NCBI GenBank assembly: GCA_037442825.1
Contig: JBBIPN010000003.1
Coordinates: forward strand, 1-38,296
Source of the DNA: Sulfurihydrogenibium sp.
Lineage (GTDB): Bacteria; Aquificota; Aquificia; Aquificales; Hydrogenothermaceae
Length of the DNA stretch: 38,296 bases
Reading direction: 5' to 3'
In this document: positions 1 to 11,274 of the stretch, in pieces
Numbering within the stretch: the first letter of the stretch is position 1
How the letters are laid out: each line of letters opens with the position of its first letter
The notes under the pieces: generated by a model
The model's database searches: none
Seen by the model: the letters and a program-made list of their open reading frames with translations, nothing else
What the model was told of the DNA's origin: nothing
Translations under genes and position numbers: made by a program

Positions 1-1
1 A

Positions 2-109
2 ACAGTAGAGTTGATGGTACCGGTAGCGATGGAAGATCAGATGAGATTTGCTATCAGGGAAGGTGGTAGAACAGTAGGTGCTGGTGTTGTTACTAAAATA
101 ATTGAGTAA
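2..109 (+). CDS. tuf: Elongation factor Tu, C-terminal 35 aa (partial, runs off window start)
   Basis: Manual translation [49 protein letters not shown] is the EF-Tu C-terminal signature; TAA at 107-109. Confidence 0.97.
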   Translation, partial: TVELMVPVAMEDQMRFAIREGGRTVGAGVVTKIIE

Positions 110-123
110 TGTGAGGATTAAAG

Positions 124-432
124 ATGAAGGAAAAAATCAGGATCAAATTAAAAGCTTTTGATCATAAAGTTTTAGACCAATCTGTAAAACAAATTGTAGA
201 TACTGTTAAAAGAGGTGGTGGCCTTGTAAAAGGTCCCGTCCCTTTACCAACTAGAGTAAGAACTTGGTGTGTACATCGTTCACCACACAAGTTTGAACAA
301 TCAAGGGAACATTTTGAAATGAGAATTCATAAAAGATTAATTGAAATTGAAAATGCAACACCTCAAACAATAGAGGCTTTAATGGATATAAGCCTTCCTG
401 CAGGTGTTGACGTTGAAATTAAATTAAGTTAA
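124..432 (+). CDS. rpsJ: 30S ribosomal protein S10
   Basis: [38 protein letters not shown] motifs. Confidence 0.98.
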   Translation: MKEKIRIKLKAFDHKVLDQSVKQIVDTVKRGGGLVKGPVPLPTRVRTWCVHRSPHKFEQSREHFEMRIHKRLIEIENATPQTIEALMDISLPAGVDVEIKLS

Positions 433-446
433 AAGGAGAGATCGCA

Positions 447-1127
447 ATGCCAAAGGGCATAATTGGAAAAAAGATAGGAATGACAAGAGTTTTTATCAAT
501 GGTAAATCTATACCAGTTACTGTTATTCAAGCTGGGCCTTGTAATGTTGCTTACTTAAGAAACGAAGAAAAAGATGGATATAACGCTGTTGCAATAACTT
601 TTGGTGAGAAAAAAGAGAAAAATACACCAAAGCCATTACTTGGTATTTTCAAAAGAGCTAACATTAAACCTGCTAAGGTAATTAAAGAGTTTCCTTTAAA
701 GGAAGGAGAAACATTAGAGTTAGGTCAAGAGATTAAAATAGAAGATGTTTTTGAAAAAGGTGACTTAGTTGATATTACTGGTAAATCAAAAGGTAGAGGA
801 TTTACTTCTGTAATGAAAAGATGGGATTTTGCAGGATTTCCAAGATCTCACGGTCATAGATACCATAGAGCAGTTGGTTCTATTGGTTGTAGAACAGAAC
901 CAGGTAGAGTATGGAAAACAAAAAGAATGGCAGGACATTACGGAAATGAAACTATAACTGTTTTAGGTTTAGAAGTAGTTGATATTATTCCAGAAAAAAA
1001 CGTTATACTTGTTAAAGGTTCTGTTCCAGGTGCACCAAATTCAATTGTATTTTTAAAGCAAAGCGCTATTTCAGATAGAAGAAAAGGTAAATTAAAATTA
1101 GCTAAATCAAAAGCAATGTATTGCTAA
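447..1127 (+). CDS. rplC: 50S ribosomal protein L3
   Basis: GKKIGMT, PVTVI, GKSKGRGF, KRMAGHYG, VKGSVPG; position in S10 operon; AAGGAG SD. Confidence 0.98.
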   Translation: MPKGIIGKKIGMTRVFINGKSIPVTVIQAGPCNVAYLRNEEKDGYNAVAITFGEKKEKNTPKPLLGIFKRANIKPAKVIKEFPLKEGETLELGQEIKIEDVFEKGDLVDITGKSKGRGFTSVMKRWDFAGFPRSHGHRYHRAVGSIGCRTEPGRVWKTKRMAGHYGNETITVLGLEVVDIIPEKNVILVKGSVPGAPNSIVFLKQSAISDRRKGKLKLAKSKAMYC

Positions 1128-1151
1128 ACTCTAAATTAAGAGGTGAATTAG

Positions 1152-1778
1152 ATGGAATTTAATGTAGTAAACAATAAAAACGAGACAGTAGGAAAAGTTA
1201 ATTTAAAAGAAGATATTTTTAAAACAGAAGTAAACCAAGGTACAGTTTGGGAAGTAATAAAATGGCATTTAGCTGCAAAAAGGGCAGGTACTGCAAGTAC
1301 TAAAACAAGAGCCGATGTTGCAGGTTCAAATAGAAAAATATATTCTCAAAAAGGAACAGGAAGAGCAAGACACGGTGATATCAAAGCAAACATATTTGTT
1401 GGTGGTGGTGTAGCTCATGGGCCACATCCAAGGGACTATTACTTTTCACTTCCTAAAAAAGTTAGAAAAAAAGTATTAAAAGGTGTTTTAACTTATAAAT
1501 TAAATAATAATGAGCTTATAGTGGTTGAAGATTTTAATTTTGATACTCCAAAAACAAAAAATGCTATAGAAGTTTTAAAAAGTTTTGGTTTAGACCATTC
1601 TAAAGTTTTATTGGTACTTCCAGAAAAAATAGAAAATGTAATTAAATCCTTTAGAAATATCCCAAAAGTAAAAATATTAGTTGCTGAAGGGTTAAACTCA
1701 TACGATTTATTAAATAGTGAGAAAGTAATAGTGTTTAAATCTGCTTTAGAAAAGATTCAAGAGAGGTTGGCACAATGA
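1152..1778 (+). CDS. rplD: 50S ribosomal protein L4
   Basis: RAGTASTKTR, QKGTGRARHG, GGGVAHGP motifs. Confidence 0.98.
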   Translation: MEFNVVNNKNETVGKVNLKEDIFKTEVNQGTVWEVIKWHLAAKRAGTASTKTRADVAGSNRKIYSQKGTGRARHGDIKANIFVGGGVAHGPHPRDYYFSLPKKVRKKVLKGVLTYKLNNNELIVVEDFNFDTPKTKNAIEVLKSFGLDHSKVLLVLPEKIENVIKSFRNIPKVKILVAEGLNSYDLLNSEKVIVFKSALEKIQERLAQ

Positions 1779-2068
1779 GAACTCCATACGATATAATCAT
1801 AAAACCAGTATTAACAGAAAAAGCTGTAAAAGATAATGAAAAAAACAATACATTGGTATTTGAAGTTGCAATGGATGCAAACAAATACCAAATAAAAAAT
1901 GCTGTAGAGCAAATATTCAATGTTAAAGTTGAAGACGTTAGAACAGTTATAGTTAAACCTAAACCAAAAAGATTTGGTTTTAGGTCTTCAGGATTTAAAA
2001 AAGCTTGGAAAAAAGCTATCGTTAAAGTTAAATCAGAAAAACCAATAAACATAGCTGAATTAGTATGA
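1775..2068 (+). CDS. rplW: 50S ribosomal protein L23
   Basis: PVLTEKA, ANKYQIKNAVEQIFNVKV, WKKAIV; ATGA overlap with rplD. Confidence 0.97.
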   Translation: MRTPYDIIIKPVLTEKAVKDNEKNNTLVFEVAMDANKYQIKNAVEQIFNVKVEDVRTVIVKPKPKRFGFRSSGFKKAWKKAIVKVKSEKPINIAELV

Positions 2069-2079
2069 GGTGATAGAAA

Positions 2080-2904
2080 ATGGGCGTTAGAAAATTAAAA
2101 CCAGTCACAAACGGTACAAGACACTCAATTTTATATGATTTTGCAGAAATTACAAAATCAGAACCAGAAAAATCTTTAGTAGAACCATTAAAAAAGCATG
2201 CTGGAAGAAATAACCAAGGTAGAATAACTGTAAGACATAGAGGTGGTGGTCATAAGAGACTATATAGAATTATTGATTTCAAAAGGGATAAGTTTGGTGT
2301 TCCAGCTAAAGTTGCTGCAATAGAGTATGACCCAAACAGATCAGCAAGAATAGCACTTTTACACTATTTTGATGGTGAAAAAAGATATATTATATGGCCA
2401 GAAGGATTAAAAGTAGGAGATATTGTAAAATCTGGTCCAGATGCAGAGATTAAAGTAGGGAATGCTTTACCACTTGAAAATATACCAGTAGGTACGTTAG
2501 TACATAACATTGAACTTACACCTGGAAAAGGTGGACAGCTTGTTAGATCTGCTGGTATGTCAGCTCAGATATTAGGTAGAGAAGGAGATTACATCCAAAT
2601 AAGATTACCTTCTGGTGAAATTAGATTAGTTTATAAAAAATGTATGGCTACAATTGGTGCTGTAGGTCTTGCAGAACACGAGTTGATTGAACTTGGTAAA
2701 GCAGGTAGATCTAGATGGTTAGGTATTAGACCTACAGTTAGAGGTACAGCAATGAACCCTGTAGATCACCCTCATGGTGGTGGTGAAGGTAAAACATTTG
2801 GTAAGCATCCTGTCTCACCTTGGGGATTACCTACAAAAGGATATAAGACAAGAAGAGGAGCTAAATACTCTGATAAATTTATTATTAAACGTAGAGGTAA
2901 ATAA
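2080..2904 (+). CDS. rplB: 50S ribosomal protein L2
   Basis: [45 protein letters not shown]. Confidence 0.99.
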   Translation: MGVRKLKPVTNGTRHSILYDFAEITKSEPEKSLVEPLKKHAGRNNQGRITVRHRGGGHKRLYRIIDFKRDKFGVPAKVAAIEYDPNRSARIALLHYFDGEKRYIIWPEGLKVGDIVKSGPDAEIKVGNALPLENIPVGTLVHNIELTPGKGGQLVRSAGMSAQILGREGDYIQIRLPSGEIRLVYKKCMATIGAVGLAEHELIELGKAGRSRWLGIRPTVRGTAMNPVDHPHGGGEGKTFGKHPVSPWGLPTKGYKTRRGAKYSDKFIIKRRGK

Positions 2905-2906
2905 AG

Positions 2907-3206
2907 ATGGGTTATAAAGGAAAGTGGAACGAAAGAAACAAAAATCCTTACGTTAATGAGAAAATTCTCAAAAAAATAAGACAGATGAATGAAACAGGTG
3001 AGAGAAAGATTATAAAAGTTTGGGATAGATCATGTACTATTACCCAAGAGATGGTAGGTCATACAATAGCTGTATACAATGGACAAAAATTTATACCTGT
3101 TTATATACAGCCGGAGATGGTAGGTCATAAACTTGGAGAGTTTTCTCTCACAAGAACATTCAGAGGCCATCCAGATAAATCAGCTAAAGTAGTTAAGAAA
3201 AAGTAG
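2907..3206 (+). CDS. rpsS: 30S ribosomal protein S19
   Basis: [24 protein letters not shown]. Confidence 0.98.
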   Translation: MGYKGKWNERNKNPYVNEKILKKIRQMNETGERKIIKVWDRSCTITQEMVGHTIAVYNGQKFIPVYIQPEMVGHKLGEFSLTRTFRGHPDKSAKVVKKK

Positions 3207-3219
3207 AGAGGAGTAAAAA

Positions 3220-3570
3220 ATGGAGAACACAGCAAGAGCTATTTTAAGATATGCTCACCTTTCACCTTATAAAGCAAGACAAGTTATGAACTTAATTAGA
3301 GGTAAGGATGTAGCCACAGCTTTAGCTATCTTATCTCAAATACCAAAAAAATCTGCACGAGTTGTTGAAAATGTCTTAAAAAGTGCTATAGCAAATGCTG
3401 AAAATAAAGGTATGGATATCGATAACCTTTATATTTTAAAAATTCATGCAGAAGAAGGTCCTATGTTAAAAAGGTATACACCTAAATCTCACGGTAGAGC
3501 TACAATGATTAGAAGAAGATTTAGTCATATATACGTTTATTTAGCTGAGAAGCAACAGGAGGGTAAATAA
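3220..3570 (+). CDS. rplV: 50S ribosomal protein L22
   Basis: [33 protein letters not shown]. Confidence 0.97.
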   Translation: MENTARAILRYAHLSPYKARQVMNLIRGKDVATALAILSQIPKKSARVVENVLKSAIANAENKGMDIDNLYILKIHAEEGPMLKRYTPKSHGRATMIRRRFSHIYVYLAEKQQEGK

Positions 3571-4253
3571 TGGGCCAAAAAGTTCATCCAATAGGCTTTA
3601 GATTAGGTATAACACAAGATTGGAGATCAAAATGGTATGCTGATAAGAAGAAGTATACTCAAACACTTCATGAAGATATCAAAATAAGAAAGTTTATAGA
3701 AGAGAAATATAAACAAGCTGGTATCGCTGATGTTGTGATAGAGAGACTTGGCGATAGAATGAGAATAAAGATTATGGTAGCAAGACCAGGAATTGTTATA
3801 GGTGCTAAAGGTGCAGAAGTTGAAAAATTAAATGAGATTATCAAAAGAATATCTTCAGCGAAAGATATCATTGTTAACGTAGATGAAGTAAAAAGACCAG
3901 AAATAAACGCTAAATTAGTTGCTGAAGACATAGCTCTCCAACTTGAAAGAAGGGTTACACATAGAAGAGCTATGAAAAAAGCTATTGATACTGCTTTAAA
4001 GGCAGGTGCTAAAGGAATCAAAACACAGGTTGGTGGTAGGATTGGTGGTGTAGATTTAGCAAGAAAAGAATGGTTTATGGCTGGAAGGATGCCACTTCAA
4101 ACTCTCAAAGCAGATATTGATTATGGAACAGCAAGAGCTTCTACAAAGTATGGTATTTTAGGTGTTAAAGTTTGGATTTATAAAGGTGATAAATTAGAAG
4201 GAAAAGCTGAAGAAGTTTTAAGCAAAATAGAAGAAGAACTTCATACAACATAA
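3570..4253 (+). CDS. rpsC: 30S ribosomal protein S3
   Basis: [44 protein letters not shown]. Confidence 0.99.
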   Translation: MGQKVHPIGFRLGITQDWRSKWYADKKKYTQTLHEDIKIRKFIEEKYKQAGIADVVIERLGDRMRIKIMVARPGIVIGAKGAEVEKLNEIIKRISSAKDIIVNVDEVKRPEINAKLVAEDIALQLERRVTHRRAMKKAIDTALKAGAKGIKTQVGGRIGGVDLARKEWFMAGRMPLQTLKADIDYGTARASTKYGILGVKVWIYKGDKLEGKAEEVLSKIEEELHTT

Positions 4254-4276
4254 TTTGAAATTAGGAGGTTTAAAAT

Positions 4277-4696
4277 ATGTCTTTGCTTCAACCTAAAAGA
4301 GTTAAATGGAGAAAACCTCAAAAAGGTAGAACAAAAGGAAAAGCAACAAGAAGAAACCAAGTTGATTTTGGAGAATTTGGTTTACAAGCATTAGAACCAG
4401 GTAGATTAACTTCAAGGCAGATTGAAGCTGCAAGGATTGCTATTGTTAGGGAAGCAAAAAAAGGTGCTAAAGTTTGGATTAGAGTATTCCCTCATAAACC
4501 AGTCACTAAAAAACCAGCTGAAACACGTATGGGTAAAGGAAAAGGTGATTTAGATCACTATGAAGCAATTGTTAAACCAGGACATATTCTCTTTGAATTG
4601 GCTGGTGTAAGTGAAGAAGTTGCAGCTGAAGCATTTAGAAAAGCTGGTCACAAACTTCCTATCAAAATAAGACTAGTAAAAAGTGTTGAGGTGTAA
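4277..4696 (+). CDS. rplP: 50S ribosomal protein L16
   Basis: [30 protein letters not shown]. Confidence 0.98.
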   Translation: MSLLQPKRVKWRKPQKGRTKGKATRRNQVDFGEFGLQALEPGRLTSRQIEAARIAIVREAKKGAKVWIRVFPHKPVTKKPAETRMGKGKGDLDHYEAIVKPGHILFELAGVSEEVAAEAFRKAGHKLPIKIRLVKSVEV

Positions 4697-4897
4697 ATGA
4701 TGAAAGCATCAGAATTGAGAAAGTTAACAAATGAAGAATTAAAAAATAAATTTTTTGAATTAAAGAAGAAGTTGTTTAATTTAAGATTCCAAAATAAGAT
4801 AGGTTCATTAGGAAATACTGCTGAAATTAAACAAACAAAAAAAGATATAGCTAGAATTTTAACTATCTTAAAAGAAAGAGAACTAAATAATAAGTAA
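4697..4897 (+). CDS. rpmC: 50S ribosomal protein L29 (start may be the second ATG, 4700)
   Basis: MKASELR, LFNLRFQ, KKDIARILT. Confidence 0.96.
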   Translation: MMKASELRKLTNEELKNKFFELKKKLFNLRFQNKIGSLGNTAEIKQTKKDIARILTILKERELNNK

Positions 4898-4907
4898 GAG
4901 GTGAAGT

Positions 4908-5165
4908 ATGACAAGTCAAACAAAAAAGAAAGAGTTTGTTGGGAAAGTTGTAAGTAATAAAATGGATAAAACTGTAGTCGTAGCTGTTGAAAGAAAGTTC
5001 CCACACCCTTTATATGGAAAACAAGTTAAGAAAACAAAGAAGTTCTATGCTCATGATGAAGAAAACAAATGTAAAGTGGGAGATATCGTTAGAATAATGG
5101 AATCAAGACCTCTTTCTAAATTAAAAAGATGGGTAGTAGTAGAAGTTATACAAACAAATCAGTAA
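4908..5165 (+). CDS. rpsQ: 30S ribosomal protein S17
   Basis: [34 protein letters not shown]. Confidence 0.98.
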   Translation: MTSQTKKKEFVGKVVSNKMDKTVVVAVERKFPHPLYGKQVKKTKKFYAHDEENKCKVGDIVRIMESRPLSKLKRWVVVEVIQTNQ

Positions 5166-5168
5166 ATC

Positions 5169-5197
5169 TTGAATTTAATGTTGAAAAATGTTAAAAT
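5169..5197 (+). promoter_or_regulatory. Putative sigma70 promoter for the spc segment (Pspc-like)
   Basis: TTGAAT (5169-5174), 17-nt spacer, TAAAAT (5192-5197) preceded by an extended -10 TG, in the 73-nt rpsQ-rplN gap. Confidence 0.65.
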
Positions 5198-5238
5198 ATT
5201 AGTTTGTCCTTCTAAAAAAGGTTGAAAGGAGTGCGGTT

Positions 5239-5607
5239 ATGATACAGAGAGGAACATATTTAAATACTGCAGACAACTCAGGAGCTAAAAAAGTTCAGTG
5301 TATTGGTATACCTGGTGGTGCTAAAAAAATGCATGCTACCGTAGGTGACGTTATAACTGTAACTGTAAAGTCTGCTATTCCAAATGGTACAGCAAAGAAA
5401 GGAAAAGTTTATAAAGCAGTTGTGGTTAGAACTAAAAAAGAGATATCAAGGTCTGATGGCAGTTATGTAAAAGCTGATGACAATGCTGTTGTTTTATTAA
5501 ATAACCAACTTGAACCAATAGGTACACGTATACTCGGACCTGTTTGTAGAGAGTTGAGAAGTAAAGGATTTTATAGAATCATTTCCTTAGCACCGGAGGT
5601 AATATAA
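5239..5607 (+). CDS. rplN: 50S ribosomal protein L14
   Basis: [37 protein letters not shown]. Confidence 0.98.
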   Translation: MIQRGTYLNTADNSGAKKVQCIGIPGGAKKMHATVGDVITVTVKSAIPNGTAKKGKVYKAVVVRTKKEISRSDGSYVKADDNAVVLLNNQLEPIGTRILGPVCRELRSKGFYRIISLAPEVI

Positions 5608-5609
5608 AA

Positions 5610-5969
5610 ATGATTAAATTAAAAAAAGGAGATCCGGTTATAGTAATTGCCGGTAAAGATAAAGGTAAAGTAAGCAAAATTAAACAAATTGTTAAAAAAG
5701 ATGGAAAAGTTAAAGTTGTAGTTGAAGGTGTTAATGTAGTAAAAAAACATGTAAAAGCCATTCAAGGTGTTAGAGAAGGTGGAATATTTGAAATAGAGAA
5801 GCCTATAGATATATCAAATGTTGCTTACTATGATGAAAGCTTAAAAAAACCTGTGAAAATTGGAGTAAAGTATATTACTGAAGGTGATAAAATTTCAAAA
5901 GTAAGAGTGAATAAAAAAACAGGTCAAATAATAGATAAAGTTTGGGAAAAAATTAAAAAAGAGGTATAG
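5610..5969 (+). CDS. rplX: 50S ribosomal protein L24
   Basis: KOW motif KKGDPVIVIAGKDKGK, VEGVN, EKPIDISNV. Confidence 0.97.
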   Translation: MIKLKKGDPVIVIAGKDKGKVSKIKQIVKKDGKVKVVVEGVNVVKKHVKAIQGVREGGIFEIEKPIDISNVAYYDESLKKPVKIGVKYITEGDKISKVRVNKKTGQIIDKVWEKIKKEV

Positions 5970-5972
5970 TAA

Positions 5973-6536
5973 ATGGCTGCTGTAGTAGGTTATAAATCAA
6001 GACTTCAGAAAAAATACGAAGAAGAAGTAATCAAAAAATTGATGGAACGTTTCGGTTACAAAAGTCCAATGCAAGTTCCAAGAATAAAGAAAGTTGTTAT
6101 CAATATGGGTGTTGGAGAAGCAACACAGGATATTAAACAACTAGATAGGGCTGTAGAAGATTTAACAGCTATAGCAGGACAAAAACCTGTTATTACAAGA
6201 GCTAAAAAATCAGAAGCTGCTTTTAAACTTAGAAAAGGAGTTCCAATAGGTGCAAAAGTAACACTAAGAAAAGATAGAATGTGGGACTTCCTTGATAAGC
6301 TAATTGCTGTAGCTCTTCCAAGGGTTAGAGATTTTAGAGGTTTAAACCCTAAATCTTTTGATGGAAGAGGGAACTACTCTTTTGGTTTATCTGAACAAAT
6401 TATATTTCCAGAAATAGACTATGATAAAGTTGATAAAATTAGAGGTATGGACATAGTCATAGAAACAACAGCAAAAACAGATGAAGAAGCTCTTTATCTA
6501 TTATCATTAATAGGCCTACCTATTAGGTCTTCATAA
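5973..6536 (+). CDS. rplE: 50S ribosomal protein L5
   Basis: [38 protein letters not shown]. Confidence 0.98.
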   Translation: MAAVVGYKSRLQKKYEEEVIKKLMERFGYKSPMQVPRIKKVVINMGVGEATQDIKQLDRAVEDLTAIAGQKPVITRAKKSEAAFKLRKGVPIGAKVTLRKDRMWDFLDKLIAVALPRVRDFRGLNPKSFDGRGNYSFGLSEQIIFPEIDYDKVDKIRGMDIVIETTAKTDEEALYLLSLIGLPIRSS

Positions 6537-6546
6537 GGAGGAAATA

Positions 6547-6735
6547 ATGGCTCGTAAATGTTTAGTTGTTAAATCTTTTCGGAAAAAACCAAAATATAAA
6601 ACAAGAAATCACGCAAGATGTCCTTTATGTGGTAGACCAAGAGGATATATTAGACAGTTTGGAATGTGTAGATTATGTTTTAGGGATAAAGCCTTAAGAG
6701 GAGAAATCCCAGGCATCAAAAAAGCAAGTTGGTAG
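6547..6735 (+). CDS. rpsN: 30S ribosomal protein S14, zinc-binding (type Z)
   Basis: [10 protein letters not shown]...[15 protein letters not shown]; four Cys present. Confidence 0.97.
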   Translation: MARKCLVVKSFRKKPKYKTRNHARCPLCGRPRGYIRQFGMCRLCFRDKALRGEIPGIKKASW

Positions 6736-6744
6736 GAGGTTGAT

Positions 6745-7155
6745 ATGATAACAGATCCAATAGCAGATATGATAGCTAGAATAAACAATGCGATTAAATC
6801 AAGAAAAGATGAAGTAGAAATTCCTTCTTCAAAAATAAAAGAAAAAATAGCTGAAATCTTAAAAAGAGAAGGATATATAGAAGATTATGTAATCTCTGAA
6901 GAAAATAAAAAAGGAAATCAATGCACTTTAATAATCAAATTAAAATATTTAGGAAAAAGGAATACAAAACCAGCTATATCTAAAATGCAAAGAGTTTCAA
7001 AACCTGGATTAAGAAAGTATGTTAAAGTTGATGATATGCCATACGTTCAAAAAGGTCTTGGAATGGCTATACTTACAACGAATAAAGGAATTTTAACAGA
7101 CGCTGAAGCTAGAAAAGATAGAGTAGGTGGAGAAATAATCTGTTACGTTTGGTAA
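6745..7155 (+). CDS. rpsH: 30S ribosomal protein S8
   Basis: [31 protein letters not shown]. Confidence 0.98.
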   Translation: MITDPIADMIARINNAIKSRKDEVEIPSSKIKEKIAEILKREGYIEDYVISEENKKGNQCTLIIKLKYLGKRNTKPAISKMQRVSKPGLRKYVKVDDMPYVQKGLGMAILTTNKGILTDAEARKDRVGGEIICYVW

Positions 7156-7174
7156 TAAAATAAGGAGGCTATAT

Positions 7175-7720
7175 ATGTCAAGAATAGGAAAAAAACCTAT
7201 TGAAATACCAAAAGGTGTAGAAATAAATATATCACAAGATAATACGGTAACTTTAAAAGGACCAAAAGGGCAGTTAACTTATAAATTTCATCCGGATATT
7301 ATAATTAAAAAAGAAGATAACTTAATTAAAGTTGAAAGAAAATCAGACGACCCATTTTCAAGGTCTTTACATGGTACAACAAGAGCCCTGTTAAATAATA
7401 TGGTAAAAGGGACAACAGAAGGATTTACTGAAGAGTTGGAAATAGTAGGTATTGGATACAGAGCCGCAGTAAAAGGTAAAACTTTAGAACTAACGTTAGG
7501 TTATTCTCATCCAGTAGTTTATGAGATTCCAGAAGGTATTCAAATTACTGTAGAAGGAAACACAAATATAAAAGTTTCTGGTATTGATAAACAACGTGTT
7601 GGTCAAGTAGCTTCAGAGATAAGAGAATTTAGAAGACCAGACCCTTACAAAGGTAAAGGTATAAGATATAAAGGTGAAGTAATTAAATTAAAAGCTGGTA
7701 AAACTGTAGGTAAAAAATAA
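7175..7720 (+). CDS. rplF: 50S ribosomal protein L6
   Basis: [31 protein letters not shown]. Confidence 0.98.
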   Translation: MSRIGKKPIEIPKGVEINISQDNTVTLKGPKGQLTYKFHPDIIIKKEDNLIKVERKSDDPFSRSLHGTTRALLNNMVKGTTEGFTEELEIVGIGYRAAVKGKTLELTLGYSHPVVYEIPEGIQITVEGNTNIKVSGIDKQRVGQVASEIREFRRPDPYKGKGIRYKGEVIKLKAGKTVGKK

Positions 7721-7735
7721 TCAAGGAGTTAAGAG

Positions 7736-8107
7736 ATGGCTGTAAAAACAAGAAATGAAGCTCGTATAATAAGACATAAAAGAATTAGAAAAAAAATATT
7801 TGGTACAGTTTCAAGACCAAGATTAGCTTTCTATAGAAGTTTAAATGCTATATACGCTCAAATAATAGATGATGAAAAAGGAAATACGTTGTTATCTGCT
7901 TCTACTATAGACAAAGATTATGTAGCTAAGTATGGTAAAAGAGGTGGAAAATCTATAGAAGATGCTAAAAAATTAGGTCAATTTATAGCTGAAAAAGCTC
8001 TTGCAAAAGGACTTAAGAATGTTGTTTTTGATAGAGGTGGATTTTTATACCATGGTAAAGTTAAAGCTTTTGCAGATGCAGCAAGAGAAGCTGGATTAAA
8101 CTTTTAA
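7736..8107 (+). CDS. rplR: 50S ribosomal protein L18
   Basis: [32 protein letters not shown]. Confidence 0.98.
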   Translation: MAVKTRNEARIIRHKRIRKKIFGTVSRPRLAFYRSLNAIYAQIIDDEKGNTLLSASTIDKDYVAKYGKRGGKSIEDAKKLGQFIAEKALAKGLKNVVFDRGGFLYHGKVKAFADAAREAGLNF

Positions 8108-8119
8108 AAGGAGATAGGT

Positions 8120-8704
8120 ATGGGAGTAAGAAATATTGAAAGATTAATTGAACAGAGAATTAAAGAAAATCCAATCAATCCAGATATTTTAAAATTAGAA
8201 GAAAAAGTGGTTGAAATAAGAAGAACTACCCGTGTTATGGAAGGTGGTAGAAGATTTTCATTTAGTACTTTAGCTATAGTTGGAGATAGAAATGGACATG
8301 TAGGATTTGGTCATGGTAAAGCTAGAGAAGTTCCACCTTCTATTGCTAAATCAATTTCTGATGCTAAGAAGAGAATAATAAAGGTTTCTTTAATTGAAGG
8401 TACAATTCCCCATGATGTTTATGGTGAGTATGATTCTGCTTTAGTTCTTTTAAAACCTGCAAGAAGAGGTACCGGTGTTGTTGCAGGTGGGCCAATGAGA
8501 CCTGTATTAGAGCTTTTAGGTGTAACAGATATACTTGCTAAAATTGTTGGAAGAACTACAAATCCAAACGCAGTAGTAAGGGCGACATTTGATGCTTTAC
8601 TTAAGCTCAAATCTCCGGAAGAAGTTGCAAAAGTTAGAGGGGTTGATGAGGAACAGATAATAAAGAACTACAGAATATATGCAGGAGGAGTACCAGTAAG
8701 ATGA
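8120..8704 (+). CDS. rpsE: 30S ribosomal protein S5
   Basis: GGRRFSF, VGDRNGHVGFGHGKAREVP, GTGVVAGG. Confidence 0.98.
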   Translation: MGVRNIERLIEQRIKENPINPDILKLEEKVVEIRRTTRVMEGGRRFSFSTLAIVGDRNGHVGFGHGKAREVPPSIAKSISDAKKRIIKVSLIEGTIPHDVYGEYDSALVLLKPARRGTGVVAGGPMRPVLELLGVTDILAKIVGRTTNPNAVVRATFDALLKLKSPEEVAKVRGVDEEQIIKNYRIYAGGVPVR

Positions 8705-8883
8705 AAATAAAAGTTAAGTTAGTAAGAGGATTGGCTGGGAAGAAAAAAGAACAGATAGAAGCATTAAGGTCCTTAGGATTGAAAAAGATAAATGATGAAA
8801 GAATAGTTGAAAAAAATCCAGCTGTTTGTGGAAATTTAGAGAAAGTTAAACACTTAGTTAAAGTGGAGGAAGTTAACCAATGA
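8701..8883 (+). CDS. rpmD: 50S ribosomal protein L30
   Basis: [23 protein letters not shown]; between rpsE and rplO. Confidence 0.96.
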   Translation: MKIKVKLVRGLAGKKKEQIEALRSLGLKKINDERIVEKNPAVCGNLEKVKHLVKVEEVNQ

Positions 8884-9332
8884 AATTACATGAATTAAAG
8901 CCAAATAAAAATGCAACTCATAAAAAGAAAAGAGTAGGAAGAGGTATAGGGTCTGGTCACGGAAAAACATCTGCAAGAGGACAGAAAGGTCAAACTTCAA
9001 GGTCTGGAGATTCTAAGCTTCCTGCAAGATTTGAAGGTGGTCAAACACCATTTATAATGAGAATTCCTAAAAGAGGTTTTAAAAATCCTTTCAAAAAAGA
9101 GTATGAAATTGTAAATTTAAAAGATTTAGAGTTAAAATTTAACGATGGAGATGAGGTTACTCCTGAAACATTAAAAGAAAAAAATCTTGTTAAAAAAGCT
9201 GAATGTGTAAAAATACTTGGAGATGGACAGTTAACTAAAAAATTAACAGTAAAAGCACACGCATTTTCTTCTTCTGCAGAAGAAAAAATTAAAACTGCTG
9301 GTGGTAATATAGAAAAGATAGTAGCGGAGTAA
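8880..9332 (+). CDS. rplO: 50S ribosomal protein L15
   Basis: [34 protein letters not shown]. Confidence 0.98.
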   Translation: MKLHELKPNKNATHKKKRVGRGIGSGHGKTSARGQKGQTSRSGDSKLPARFEGGQTPFIMRIPKRGFKNPFKKEYEIVNLKDLELKFNDGDEVTPETLKEKNLVKKAECVKILGDGQLTKKLTVKAHAFSSSAEEKIKTAGGNIEKIVAE

Positions 9333-9334
9333 TC

Positions 9335-10624
9335 TTGATAGACAAAATTATTAATATCTTACAGATAAAAGAACTAAGAAATAAAATTATATTCACCCTT
9401 ATTATACTATCTGTGTATAGGCTGGGGACCCATGTACCAGTTCCCGGCGTAAATTCAGAAATGCTTCTTCATTACTTTAATAGTTCAGGAGGTGCTTTAT
9501 TTAATATATACAACCTTTTTTCTGGTGGAGCATTAGGAAGGTTTTCAGTATTTGCATTAGGTGTTATGCCTTATATCTCCGCTTCCATTATAATGCAGCT
9601 TTTAACAGCTGTTATACCAACTTTAGAAAGGCTTCAAAAAGAAGAAGGTGATTATGGAAGGTGGAAGATATCTCAATATACAAGGTATCTAACAATAGCT
9701 ATAGCTGGATTTCAATCTTTAGGCCTTTCTATATGGCTTTCTAATATTAAAACAGAAGCAGGCGCTTCATTGATCTCTCTTTCACCATTTACATTTGTAA
9801 TCCTTGCTACTGTTATCGTTACAACTGGTACAGTATTTCTTATGTGGTTAGGTGAAAAGATTACTGAGTTTGGAATAGGTAACGGTATTTCAATGATCAT
9901 TTTAGCTGGTATAGTTGCTGGTATAATACCTGCAATAATAGAAACTTATAAACTTTTCAAAGTTGGAGAACTTTCTCCATTGATGTTAACAGTTGCATTG
10001 TTGATAATAGTTGCTGTTGTTGCTGGTATAGTATATATTCAAGAAGCTGAAAGAAGGATACCTATTCAGCATGCCAGAAGAAATGTATCGTTAAATCAAT
10101 CTGCATCTTATCTACCTTTTAAGTTAAATCCTTCAGGTGTTATACCTATTATATTTGCTGTAGCTATCTTAATGTTTCCTGCAACTATTGCCCAAATTTT
10201 TGCATCTAAAAGTGAAATAGCCAGTATTATAACCGATTATCTGTCTCCACAGAGTTATATTTATTTCGCTCTATATGTTGGTTTAATAATTTTCTTCTCT
10301 TATTTCTATACAGCTATACTTATAAATCCAGTAGATATAGCAGATAATCTTAGAAAATCTGGTGCATTTATACCAGGTGTAAGGGCAGGTTCTCAAACTG
10401 TAGAATATTTAAATTACATACTAACAAGACTTGTTTTTGCAGGCTCCGTATTTTTAGCATCGATAGCAGTACTGCCAATGATACTGATTAAATGGTTAAA
10501 TGTGCCATTTTATTTTGGTGGAACATCTGCTTTGATAGTGGTTGTTGTTGCATTAGATACGTTACATCAAATTGAAGCTTATCTTGCTATGAAGAAGTAT
10601 GAGGGATTTTTGAAGAGAGGTTAA
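9335..10624 (+). CDS. secY: Preprotein translocase subunit SecY (TTG start)
   Basis: FALGVMPYISASIIMQLL, GIGNGIS, GVIPIIFA, FIPGVRAG, FGGTS; about 10 hydrophobic segments. Confidence 0.98.
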   Translation: MIDKIINILQIKELRNKIIFTLIILSVYRLGTHVPVPGVNSEMLLHYFNSSGGALFNIYNLFSGGALGRFSVFALGVMPYISASIIMQLLTAVIPTLERLQKEEGDYGRWKISQYTRYLTIAIAGFQSLGLSIWLSNIKTEAGASLISLSPFTFVILATVIVTTGTVFLMWLGEKITEFGIGNGISMIILAGIVAGIIPAIIETYKLFKVGELSPLMLTVALLIIVAVVAGIVYIQEAERRIPIQHARRNVSLNQSASYLPFKLNPSGVIPIIFAVAILMFPATIAQIFASKSEIASIITDYLSPQSYIYFALYVGLIIFFSYFYTAILINPVDIADNLRKSGAFIPGVRAGSQTVEYLNYILTRLVFAGSVFLASIAVLPMILIKWLNVPFYFGGTSALIVVVVALDTLHQIEAYLAMKKYEGFLKRG

Positions 10625-10626
10625 CG

Positions 10627-11262
10627 ATGTCAAAAACTATTATATTTTTAGGTCCACCTGGCGCAGGTAAAGGTACACAATCTCAACTTTTAAAAGAAAG
10701 AGATAGTTTTATTCAAATATCAACAGGAGACTTATTAAGGGAAGCAGTAAAAAATCAAACACTTCTTGGTTTAAAAGCTAAAGAGTATATGAATGAAGGT
10801 AAGTTGGTTCCTGATGAACTTATAATATCCTTGATAGAAGAGAAATTAAAAGAATATGAAGAAAGTAATATTATATTTGATGGATTTCCAAGGACAATAC
10901 CCCAAGCAGAAAGCTTAAATAAACTTTTGAAAGATTTTAATAAAGGGATAAATGCTGTTATTTTATTTAAAATAGAAGATGAAGAAGTTATAAAAAGACT
11001 ATCAGGAAGAAGAGTATGTCCTAACTGTGGAGCAGTTTATCATATCATTTATAACCCACCTAAAAATAACGAAGTTTGTGATAAATGTGGAACAAAATTG
11101 ATTCAGAGAGATGATGATAAAGAAGAAGTTATTAAAAAACGTTTAGAAGTTTATCATCAGCAAACAAAACCTCTTATAGACTATTATAAAGATAAGATTT
11201 TAGAAATAGATGCTACAGATGAACCTGAAAATGTTTACAAAAAAATTATTAATGTGATATAA
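10627..11262 (+). CDS. adk: Adenylate kinase with Zn-binding LID
   Basis: GPPGAGKGTQ, STGDLLR, DGFPRT, CPNC...CDKC, QRDDD. Confidence 0.98.
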   Translation: MSKTIIFLGPPGAGKGTQSQLLKERDSFIQISTGDLLREAVKNQTLLGLKAKEYMNEGKLVPDELIISLIEEKLKEYEESNIIFDGFPRTIPQAESLNKLLKDFNKGINAVILFKIEDEEVIKRLSGRRVCPNCGAVYHIIYNPPKNNEVCDKCGTKLIQRDDDKEEVIKKRLEVYHQQTKPLIDYYKDKILEIDATDEPENVYKKIINVI

Positions 11263-11274
11263 TTATAAGTTCTA

